Shown: piece after piece, positions 10,810-19,097 of the stretch
Layout of the letters: each line of letters begins with the position of its first letter
How positions within the stretch are numbered: position 1 is the first letter of the stretch
Made by a program: the position numbers and the translations under genes
NCBI GenBank assembly: GCA_047947115.1
Contig: CP170459.1
Location: 3,392,001 to 3,456,000 of the forward strand
DNA: 64,000 bases
Reading direction: 5' to 3'
DNA from: Verrucomicrobiota bacterium
Lineage (GTDB): Bacteria; Verrucomicrobiota; Verrucomicrobiia; Limisphaerales; AAA164-E04
The notes under the pieces: generated by a model
What the model was told of the DNA's origin: nothing
The model's database searches: none
Seen by the model: the letters and a program-made list of their open reading frames with translations, nothing else

Positions 10810-12075
10810 ATGGTCGGCCGCGTATCCATGATGAATACATTCAAAGCAATGATATGCCGTTCTTTCACGGGCTGTTCGCTTGGTGTGGGGATTATTTTGG
10901 GGGTGTTGCTGAGTGCGTCGCAGGCGTGCGGCGCATCTCGCAAAATAGAGATGGGCGTGATTCCCGGCGGTTTGAAATACAACATCACCGAGTTTCAGGT
11001 GAGTGCCGGTGAATCGGTTGAGTTTGTTTTCAATAACAACGGTTTGATCCCGCATAACTGGTTGCTGACTCGCCCGGGTAAGCTGGATGACGTCATCGCG
11101 GAAGCAATGGCTCTTGGTGTCGATGGTTTGGCCAAGGATTTCATTCCGGATTCATCGGACATCCTACATTCCGTAGCCCTGGTTCAGCCCGGCAAATCCG
11201 TCATACTTCAGTTCACTGCTCCGGACGCCGTGGGGGATTATCCATATGTTTGCACTTTTCCGGGACACTTTAATCTGATGCGCGGTGTCATGAAGGTTGT
11301 GGGCAAGGAAACCGAAGTGTTGGCGCCTTCCATCACGGAAGGGGTGAGCCACCAGATTTTCAATGCCCTCGGCCGATCCGGTGTTGATCCGTTTCCAAAA
11401 GGAACAAAGGAAAAACCATATGTGATCCGGACCTTCATGCCTGAACCAAATCTGGATCCTGCCATTTTTACTCGACATCAACGCGGCTACGCTGCAGCCA
11501 ATTATAGTCCCGCAACCGGGACCGATGTGCCAGGGATCGCCCGCACGGACCAAGGATTGCCCGCGGCTATGGGTGTGAACTTTGGTGATGAACTTTCGTA
11601 TTGCTGGGACACGGTGGAATGCCGCTTGATGTATGTGTGGACGGGTGATTTTCTCGACATGAGCGTTTACTGGGGAGGTGGAGCAGGGGGAGGTCGCAAG
11701 GGATTTGATTATGTTCCCCGTATCATGGGAAACCTTCGTTTTAAAACTCAGGGTGAGCATCCCATCAATGCCAAATTTAATCCGGCTCAACCCGTTCCAT
11801 CACCTCGTTTTCGCGGGTATCGCGTGGTCGATGGGTATCCTGAGTTTCATTATACTGTCGATGGTTTATCGGTTCGTGAACGGATTTCGCCCGGGGATCG
11901 GCGCTCGTTTCGAGTCGATCTTTCCATCTCTTCCGACAATGCTTCGTCCATTCGACTGGCTTTTGATACAGCCATTCGACCCAGTTTGCAGGCTTCCCAT
12001 GGTATTTGGGAAGGTGACGAACTCGTATTGACTCCGGACGAAGCGGTTCAATTCAATCTGGTTCAACGGTTTTAA
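10810..12075 (+). CDS. Secreted azurin/auracyanin-type blue-copper domain fused to an uncharacterised C-terminal domain
   Basis: Type-1 Cu ligands PHNW...YVCTFPGHFNLM, followed by ~250 aa of beta-rich sequence. Start uncertain. Confidence 0.85.
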   Translation: MVGRVSMMNTFKAMICRSFTGCSLGVGIILGVLLSASQACGASRKIEMGVIPGGLKYNITEFQVSAGESVEFVFNNNGLIPHNWLLTRPGKLDDVIAEAMALGVDGLAKDFIPDSSDILHSVALVQPGKSVILQFTAPDAVGDYPYVCTFPGHFNLMRGVMKVVGKETEVLAPSITEGVSHQIFNALGRSGVDPFPKGTKEKPYVIRTFMPEPNLDPAIFTRHQRGYAAANYSPATGTDVPGIARTDQGLPAAMGVNFGDELSYCWDTVECRLMYVWTGDFLDMSVYWGGGAGGGRKGFDYVPRIMGNLRFKTQGEHPINAKFNPAQPVPSPRFRGYRVVDGYPEFHYTVDGLSVRERISPGDRRSFRVDLSISSDNASSIRLAFDTAIRPSLQASHGIWEGDELVLTPDEAVQFNLVQRF

Positions 12076-12086
12076 AAACTCGTGAA

Positions 12087-13628
12087 GTGCCCTGTTTCAA
12101 GACAATGAATATTTTCAATCAGAATAGAACTCGCTCGATTTTTCTGGCCTGTCTCTACCTTTTTGGCAGTTTCGGCCATTACCCGGGGCATGCTGTGGAA
12201 ATGCCTGGTGAGTATTATGAAGTGCAAGAAGTGCTGCTTCCTGTGGGAGTGTCTCCTGAAATAGGAGGACTGGCATTCAACTCCAGGGGGGAGCTGGTGG
12301 TGCTGACGCGACGTTCCGGCATTCTCATCGGGAAGCCTCATGTGGATCCTGCTCAATTCGAATGGCGCACTTTCAGCGAGCACAGTATGCACAACCCGAT
12401 GGGGCTGTTGTTAGAATCCGATCATCAATTGCTCATTCCTCAGATGGCAGAGCTAACGCGTGTCAGCGACTCTGATGGAGATGGAGAAGCGGATGAGTAT
12501 GAAGCGGTCAGTACGGCATGGGGGGTCAGTGGAAATTATCACGAAACCAACGCCGGTCCTGTGCCGGATGGTCGCGGGAATTGGTTTGTTGCCATCGGAA
12601 CGGCCTCACACAACGGTCCCACATTTGATTATGTCCGTGGTGAATTTTCCAGGATTGGACGTCGGGGTCGAAATTACTCGGCGGTCAGTTACAAGGGGTG
12701 GGTGGTGAAAATCACTCCGAATGGTGACCTTATCCCATGGGCAAGTGGATTTCGAGCGAACAATGGGATTGCCATGAGTCCCTCCGGAGATCTCTGGGTG
12801 ACCGACAACCAGGGAGATTGGCGAGGAACCTCGCCTCTATACCATGTTCAGAAAGGTCATTTCTACGGGCATCCTTCGAGTCTGGTGTGGGACGATACAT
12901 TTTTTCCAAATAACGGAGATCCTTTGGAATTCGGTGTGGATCGCTTGAATGCGATGCGCACACCTGCGGCAGTGCAGTTGCCTCACGGCCTGGTATGCAA
13001 TTCTCCCGCCGAACCCGTGTTCGATACCACGGGCGGCAAGTTCGGTCCGTTTGCCGGTCAAATGTTCCTCGGCGACATTGCCGGGCGTCGCATCGTGCGG
13101 GTCATGTTGGAGAAAGTGGATGGAGTTTATCAGGGAGCCTGTGTTTTCCTGGTGGAACAGAGTGGGCTGCGGGGGGGGAACAACAGGTTTGCCTTCAGTC
13201 CTTCCGGGGACACTCTTTACGTCGGCCAGACCTATCGAGGATGGGGCGCCCCGGAGGAAGGTCTGCAGCGTATCGTCTGGAAAGGCGTGGTGCCGATGGA
13301 AATTCAAAAAATGAGCCTCACCCAAAGCGGATTCGATCTCACGTTCACCAAACCCCTCAGTCCGCAGGCCGCGACGGATGCTTCCCGCTTTAACGTGCAG
13401 AGCTACCGTTATGGCTATGGACATCAATACGGAAGTCCCCAGTTGTACAAGAAAGAGGAGGTGGTACAGGCGTTGTCCCTTTCGAAGGACGGGCGCTCCG
13501 TGTCCTTGCAATTGGATGGTGTGCAATCCGGCAGGATTTACCAGGTAGATTTGGGGAACATGTTTTCATCGGATGGGTTGCCTGTGATCAATACCATGAT
13601 CTGTTACACCGTCAACCGGCTGCGATGA
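12087..13628 (+). CDS. Secreted beta-propeller protein (PVC 'large multifunctional secreted protein'/sugar dehydrogenase-like)
   Basis: DSDGDGEAD, GNYHE, SGFRANNG, TDNQGDW, GHFYGHP, FGPFAGQMFLGD. C-terminal Ig-like GFDLTFTKPL domain. Confidence 0.75.
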   Translation: MPCFKTMNIFNQNRTRSIFLACLYLFGSFGHYPGHAVEMPGEYYEVQEVLLPVGVSPEIGGLAFNSRGELVVLTRRSGILIGKPHVDPAQFEWRTFSEHSMHNPMGLLLESDHQLLIPQMAELTRVSDSDGDGEADEYEAVSTAWGVSGNYHETNAGPVPDGRGNWFVAIGTASHNGPTFDYVRGEFSRIGRRGRNYSAVSYKGWVVKITPNGDLIPWASGFRANNGIAMSPSGDLWVTDNQGDWRGTSPLYHVQKGHFYGHPSSLVWDDTFFPNNGDPLEFGVDRLNAMRTPAAVQLPHGLVCNSPAEPVFDTTGGKFGPFAGQMFLGDIAGRRIVRVMLEKVDGVYQGACVFLVEQSGLRGGNNRFAFSPSGDTLYVGQTYRGWGAPEEGLQRIVWKGVVPMEIQKMSLTQSGFDLTFTKPLSPQAATDASRFNVQSYRYGYGHQYGSPQLYKKEEVVQALSLSKDGRSVSLQLDGVQSGRIYQVDLGNMFSSDGLPVINTMICYTVNRLR

Positions 13629-13662
13629 ATGAAATTCAATTTCACGATTACCTCTTAACGCT

Positions 13663-15102
13663 ATGAGTCAAAACACCTATCAGGATCCTCCAAAAGATTG
13701 GAAGGGCATTGCCAAACAACTGGGCCCCGGTCTGATTATATCAGCCAATATCGTTGGATCCGGAGAATTGATCGTGACCACCAAAGTGGGAGCGGATGTG
13801 GGGTTCATTCTGCTGTGGTTCATTATCCTGGGGTGCATGATCAAGGTGTTTCTTCAGGTGGAGCTCGGGCGTTACACTATCACGCATGGTAAAACCACCT
13901 TGCAAGCCATGGACGCCGTGCCGGGGCCCCGCTTTGCATTTATCTGGCGGTTTTTGAATCTCAGAGCGGAGGGGTCCTGGTTGGTTTGGTGTTGGATTAT
14001 CATGTTCATCGCCACGTTTTTCCAGGTTTCGGGAATGGTTGGTGGCATCGCAGGAGTATTTGAGACGGGGGTGCCTTCTCTATCGAATCCGCCCGGATGG
14101 TACGCCGCCGGTAAATCGGGACTTACAGCCGCTGAACAAGCTTCCTCCTGGCAGGGGTTGCTGAATATGGGTTGGGCATTGGTCATTACGGGGTCTTGCG
14201 CGGTACTGCTGCTGTTGGGGCGATACAAATTCATTGAACGCTTTTCCACCACCATGGTGGCGGGATTTACCCTGTTTACCATTTTCGCCGTGTTTTCGCT
14301 GTATACCACTGAATACGGCATCACGGCCGGACAGATCGCCCAGGGATTACAGTTCAAGCTGCCTGAGAATTTCATGACTGCGTTTGCCGCGTTTGGAGTG
14401 ATTGGTGTTGGTGCGGCGGAACTGATCTATTACCCCTACTGGTGTCTCGAAAAAGGATATGCCAGACATGTTGGCCCCAAAGACGATTCCCCCGAATGGG
14501 AAACCCGTGCGCGGGGCTGGATGCGAGTTTTACGCTGGGATGCCTGGGTTTCCATGGTGATCTATACCGGGGCAACCGTCGCATTTTATCTGCTCGGGGC
14601 TGCCGTCCTGAATGGCAAAGGTCTTGAAGTGACCAATGATGCCCTCATTCCGACCTTGTCCAATCTTTACCGTGAATCCTTTGGTGTCATGGGTTTGTGG
14701 ATTTTCCTCATCGGTGCTTTGGTCGTCCTTTATTCCACTGTCTTTATCTCCACCGCGTCAAATGCCCGTCTGTCTGCAGATCTATGGATGTTGTTCACCC
14801 GTAAAGACAAAGCGGAAGGAGTTGATCGGGCTTCTCTAATTAAGAGGGCATGCGTCCTGATTCCGGGACTCTACTTTGTTTTTTACGTATCCGTTGGAAA
14901 ACCGCTGACCCTGGTCTTTATCGGAGCTTTGGCGCAGGCTTTGATGCTTCCGTTTCTCTGTTTTGCGGCTCTTTACTTCCACTACTTTCAGACACACCGT
15001 GCATTGCTTCCAGGTAAGCCATGGCTGATTTTATTGTGGGTTTCCAGTATTCTGATGACGTCAGTGGGCTTTTATCAGTTGTTCAGCCAGTTGACCAAAT
15101 AG
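13663..15102 (+). CDS. Nramp-like (APC-fold) transporter
   Basis: LGPGLIISANIVGSGEL start and about 11 hydrophobic segments. Lacks the canonical DPGN motif. Confidence 0.8.
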   Translation: MSQNTYQDPPKDWKGIAKQLGPGLIISANIVGSGELIVTTKVGADVGFILLWFIILGCMIKVFLQVELGRYTITHGKTTLQAMDAVPGPRFAFIWRFLNLRAEGSWLVWCWIIMFIATFFQVSGMVGGIAGVFETGVPSLSNPPGWYAAGKSGLTAAEQASSWQGLLNMGWALVITGSCAVLLLLGRYKFIERFSTTMVAGFTLFTIFAVFSLYTTEYGITAGQIAQGLQFKLPENFMTAFAAFGVIGVGAAELIYYPYWCLEKGYARHVGPKDDSPEWETRARGWMRVLRWDAWVSMVIYTGATVAFYLLGAAVLNGKGLEVTNDALIPTLSNLYRESFGVMGLWIFLIGALVVLYSTVFISTASNARLSADLWMLFTRKDKAEGVDRASLIKRACVLIPGLYFVFYVSVGKPLTLVFIGALAQALMLPFLCFAALYFHYFQTHRALLPGKPWLILLWVSSILMTSVGFYQLFSQLTK

Positions 15103-15134
15103 ACATATCTACGAAGGGGTGGGAGATTGCTCTG

Positions 15135-15884
15135 ATGGCCGCCAAAGTGACATCCCTGTTCGGTGACGATCTCGAAGACCATTTTTACACATGGTTGGTG
15201 GACAGCCGATACGAAGATCCCCGCAAGGTTTTTTCATTGCACGGTGGTGTGCTGAAAATTTCAGGAGATGGATTGGGGTATTTGGCCACCCACCAGGCCT
15301 ACGAAAATTATCACATCAGCCTTCAATTCAAGTGGGGTGAACGAAACTGGCATTGGGGTGACCGCATCGGTAAGGCACGGGATTCCGGATTATTCCTCCA
15401 TGCCACCGGGCCGGACGGGAACAGTCATGACGGAAACGGCGCTTTTATGTCAGCCATAGAATGCAACATCTTCGAAGGTGCCGTGGGGGATTTTCTCCTG
15501 ATAAGAGGAGATGATGCCGAGGGCAAGCTCATTGCCCCTCGCTTAGAAACGCAAATCACTGATCATCTTGATGAGGATGGGTGGCCGACATTTGACACGG
15601 GAGGCACATCGAAATCCCTTGAACGGTGGGGGCGGGTCAATCATCGGTTCAAATCAGCATCGTGGAAAGATGTTACCGGATTCAGCGGGCCTGGGGAGCT
15701 TGTGGTTCCAGGGGCGTGGAACCATTTGGAATGCCGTTGCATGGGGGATCAGATACTTGTTTTTGTCAATCGTACTCTGGTCAATAAGGCTCGAAACGTC
15801 TGGCCGAATCGAGGGCGGGTTCTTCTCCAGTGCGAAGGTTCAGAGATATTTTTTCGCAGAATGGAAATCCGCCAATTGTTGTGA
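15135..15884 (+). CDS. DUF1080 (3-keto-disaccharide hydrolase family) protein
   Basis: SLFGDDL, GYLATHQAYENY, RDSGLFLH, WNHLEC, LLQCEGSEIFFRRMEIRQL. Confidence 0.85.
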   Translation: MAAKVTSLFGDDLEDHFYTWLVDSRYEDPRKVFSLHGGVLKISGDGLGYLATHQAYENYHISLQFKWGERNWHWGDRIGKARDSGLFLHATGPDGNSHDGNGAFMSAIECNIFEGAVGDFLLIRGDDAEGKLIAPRLETQITDHLDEDGWPTFDTGGTSKSLERWGRVNHRFKSASWKDVTGFSGPGELVVPGAWNHLECRCMGDQILVFVNRTLVNKARNVWPNRGRVLLQCEGSEIFFRRMEIRQLL

Positions 15885-16110
15885 AAACCGGTCACCCTCC
15901 GATGTGCACTTCGTGTTCTGAAGGAATCTGATTCTCTTTCCGTATTTTTTCCAATGTTCCATGCAGGCGTTTGAATGTCCACGTGCCGTGGGGGTTGGGG
16001 CGGTAAGGAGGGTTGGGGGAGTTGGCCTGCTGTTTTGAGTGTGTGTTTATTATGCGGTATGTGAGGGGGTATAAAAAATTTCTTCTTAAAATGTGGAAAA
16101 AACGTCAAGG

Positions 16111-16179
16111 ATATCTAGTATGCGACAACTATATCTATAATACGACATAGAAATGACATTTAATAAAGATTTAGTAAAG
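16111..16179 (+). repeat. Two sets of imperfect tandem direct repeats in an AT-rich upstream region
   Basis: ATATCTAgtATgCGACA (16111) / ATATCTAtaATaCGACA (16131), 20 bp period. ATTTAaTAAAG (16158) / ATTTAgTAAAG (16169), 11 bp period. Confidence 0.6.
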
Positions 16180-16268
16180 ATGAATGAATAATGATGAGTC
16201 AAATCTATATTAAAATTGTTTTTTGTTTGAAACATTTCATGAGGTATGCTTGATTCTATGATGTTCTT

Positions 16269-16934
16269 ATGAGCAAAAAAGCTTCCTTATCAAGCTACAT
16301 TCCCTCCTCGCTTGATGGAACGACAGAAGTGATCGAACCGCTGCGTTCTGCTGAACAGAACAAGCTGGTGGACTGCGAACAGACCATCCGACGAGGCATC
16401 AAGGCATTCTTTGAAGTGGGGAAAGCGTTGGCAATTATCAAAACAGAAAGACTATATAGATGCGAATACCAGACTTTTGATCAGTATTGCGAAGAGAAAT
16501 GGGATTTCAGCCGGATACGGGCGTATCAGTTGATCAATGCAACGGCATGCATGGAAATGTTAACAAATGTTAACATCCCGCTTCCGCAGAACGAGGCGCA
16601 GGTAAGGCCTTTATTGAATATTCCTGAGAATGAAATCGCGGAGACCTGGCGGATGTTTGTTGAAGAAAAGGGGGAGCGTCCATTCACGGCGCGTGATGTT
16701 CGAGATTTTGTGGATCGAAAACTTGGAAAGGCAGTCGGGCCAGTTGCGTCTCGATCTTCTGGGAAAGTCAGTCAACGAAATGAATCTTTGAGCATGACTT
16801 TTGAATTGTCCACATTGGTAAAGGAAATTGCCCGAAAGACGGATCGCTATGGGAGTGATGATGAACTGCGGACCTTGGTGGTCAAACTAAAAGACTGTGT
16901 GGATAGGATACAGGACCGGTGTTTGCGGCAATAA
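16269..16934 (+). CDS. Hypothetical putative DNA-binding protein (DUF3102-like helical domain seen in phage/mobile-element proteins)
   Basis: CEQTIRRGIKAFFEVGKALAIIKTERLYR...TFDQYCEEKWDFSRIRAYQLI...PQNEAQVRPL pattern. Family assignment is from recollection only. Confidence 0.65.
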   Translation: MSKKASLSSYIPSSLDGTTEVIEPLRSAEQNKLVDCEQTIRRGIKAFFEVGKALAIIKTERLYRCEYQTFDQYCEEKWDFSRIRAYQLINATACMEMLTNVNIPLPQNEAQVRPLLNIPENEIAETWRMFVEEKGERPFTARDVRDFVDRKLGKAVGPVASRSSGKVSQRNESLSMTFELSTLVKEIARKTDRYGSDDELRTLVVKLKDCVDRIQDRCLRQ

Positions 16935-17099
16935 ACGTATCTCACTATAGATTCTTGTCGGTTTCATTTAGAAAAGTAACTATTCATTTGACATCTTTTT
17001 ACTTTGTTTTATACATATAGTATCGAATTAACGCATCTCGTGATGCGCCCTGCACCCAATTCGATATTTGTTTCAAAGATTAAAATATGAGAAAAGTGT

Positions 17100-17777
17100 A
17101 TGAAAGATTCTATGTTTCGGGTGCAGGTTTTGCTCAGGTTTGTTAAGAAAAATAACCCTTCTGTTGTTTTTATGTTCACTCTGGCCTTCGTTGGTGTCTT
17201 GTCGATGATGTCGGCTCACTCCATTCAGGCTTCGAGTTTTCCTTCCAACCCGTCCTCCGAGCAGGATTGTGACACGGTTCTCTCTGAAAACGCCGGAGCT
17301 CTTTATCATTGGTATACGTCTCGAGGAAATTGGATAGACCGAAAGTATGAATTTCTGACCGACGAGTGTTGGGAAGAGTATGAATATCAATCGGAAGATG
17401 CCAAATCGACGTATGACTCCGATTTGCAAGTTGCAACTGCTGGGCTCCTGGGTGCACTTGCTGGATGTGAACGTTTAGCGGCCGCTTGTTTTGCTGCTGC
17501 AGTGGTGGAGCCGGGCCCCGCCCTGGATGCCATGTGTGCCGGCAGGGTCGCCGCCTGCGTTTCCGTTGCCTGGGCAGCCTGGTATGTCGCCGCAGATATG
17601 GCTCTCGTCGAATTCAGAAATGCGATGGACACAGCCTATCGCACAAGGGATATCTGCACTGATAGAACAGATCTCTTGTTAAATTCAATGCGTGAAAGTC
17701 ATGATTCCGATTATTTCAACAGGTGGTCTCAATTACAGAATGAGTATCAGGCATGTGTTGCGAGAGTAATGGAATAA
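17100..17777 (+). CDS. Secreted Cys-rich hypothetical protein, predicted disulfide-stapled helical hairpin with hydrophobic tip
   Basis: Signal-like N-terminus ending ...AHSIQA. Cys at 57, 90, 123, 130, 146, 153, 186, 219. Ala-rich hydrophobic core at 111-170. Confidence 0.75.
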   Translation: MKDSMFRVQVLLRFVKKNNPSVVFMFTLAFVGVLSMMSAHSIQASSFPSNPSSEQDCDTVLSENAGALYHWYTSRGNWIDRKYEFLTDECWEEYEYQSEDAKSTYDSDLQVATAGLLGALAGCERLAAACFAAAVVEPGPALDAMCAGRVAACVSVAWAAWYVAADMALVEFRNAMDTAYRTRDICTDRTDLLLNSMRESHDSDYFNRWSQLQNEYQACVARVME

Positions 17778-17800
17778 TTTGAGGAGATACATCTATTATC

Positions 17801-18499
17801 ATGAAAAGGAAAACAGACATTAATTGGATGAACATCAGTTTAATTTTGATGTTATTCTCATATTTGTTCGTATCCCATAATCGATTGAGGAATTACGCAT
17901 TGAAGGCGGATGTCCTGAAGGAAGTCCATCAACTGATGATCAGTATGCGGGAAAACAACAGTAAAACCAGTGACCTGCTGCTGACATTACGCACAGATGT
18001 TGACTATTTGATCAAAGAGCATAGGGAAATCGTGACTCGTATCTCCAAGTTGGAGCAAAGTTCGGCCCCTACAGATGAAGATAAAGTCGCTGTATCGGAT
18101 CCCATACAATCAGGTTCCTCAAACGCGGTCACGGGCGAGGCTGATTCTGCCATTAGCTTGGAGGAGGTATTAGCTAACCCATTCGAGTTTTTGAACGATG
18201 AAGAAGTGGGGCTTATCATGGATCAAGCTGCTCAAGACGCCGGTGTGGATGTCGACTGGGATGAAATGCAGGATCGATTGCGTCGGTCTGATGAATTCGT
18301 TGCCCAAATAGACAGCGGGGAATTTGCCGATGTTGCCGGTATATTTTACCAGGCAAGGCAGCAATACTTGGGCATGTTGGATTCTATGTTGAATCAGGAT
18401 TCAACCTTTCAACAAATAATGCTTCCCGAGCTGGAGCATGCCCTTACGCAAGTAGCGGCTGTTCGAGTCATGGAGACAAACAAAAGGAACATGCCATGA
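17801..18499 (+). CDS. Hypothetical protein: N-terminal TM anchor, coiled coil, S/T/D linker, acidic helical C-terminal domain
   Basis: GAGGAG SD upstream; hydrophobic residues 10-25; heptad-like residues 30-85. Confidence 0.75.
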   Translation: MKRKTDINWMNISLILMLFSYLFVSHNRLRNYALKADVLKEVHQLMISMRENNSKTSDLLLTLRTDVDYLIKEHREIVTRISKLEQSSAPTDEDKVAVSDPIQSGSSNAVTGEADSAISLEEVLANPFEFLNDEEVGLIMDQAAQDAGVDVDWDEMQDRLRRSDEFVAQIDSGEFADVAGIFYQARQQYLGMLDSMLNQDSTFQQIMLPELEHALTQVAAVRVMETNKRNMP

Positions 18500-18834
18500 A
18501 ATATTTGCGAAGCATTTTGTTTTGTTGTTTGTGCCTTATGTTTGTCGCTTGCGGATCGAAGGATGATCCATTCGCTGCTCAGGATTCTGCCAAAGGTGCT
18601 CAATTACTGGCACAATATGAAAAAGGGAATCAGCGCGTCAAAGAGATGTCTGTTCCCGGTTACTGGCGTGACAAGGGGCCTCAGGTAGATCCGGTAGCCG
18701 AGATGACAAAAATTAATGATGAACTGAGTGCCACTTTGAAACAACTGACCCAATTGATTCAAAAACGTGAATTGTCCAAAAAGCAATTCGATACATTCAA
18801 GGAAATCACCGGAGTGAACGACATGACACAATAG
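18496..18834 (+). CDS. Small hypothetical lipoprotein
   Basis: MKYLRSILFCCLCLMFVA|CGSKDD lipobox; ATGA overlap with the upstream gene. Confidence 0.8.
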   Translation: MKYLRSILFCCLCLMFVACGSKDDPFAAQDSAKGAQLLAQYEKGNQRVKEMSVPGYWRDKGPQVDPVAEMTKINDELSATLKQLTQLIQKRELSKKQFDTFKEITGVNDMTQ

Positions 18835-19097
18835 TCAGTGATTCTCATCAGGTGATTGGACCCTGGCGCTTCCTTATACTCTTTTGGCAATCTTAGTGAT
18901 TGTCTCCAGATCTTCAGTGCTGAGGTGTTTTGAAGGTTTTGTCTGATTCCTTCAACACCGGATGTAATGAAGGACCTGATAACAGGGTCTGTCCGGCTTT
19001 GTCGGGCAGGCCCAAGTCAATGGAGTGACAGTAAATGGCAGTTTGATAATGCTCTTGTGTGCAAGTTGCCACGTCACCATTTTGGGAGCTTAGTAGA

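Noticed and set aside
16138..16950. Fragments resembling the T7 promoter (TAATACGAC at 16138, CTCACTATAG at 16941)
   Set aside because: The halves are 800 bp apart and short; consistent with chance.
15900..19090. Prophage or integrative element
   Set aside because: No integrase, transposase, structural genes, tRNA target or flanking direct repeats could be seen.
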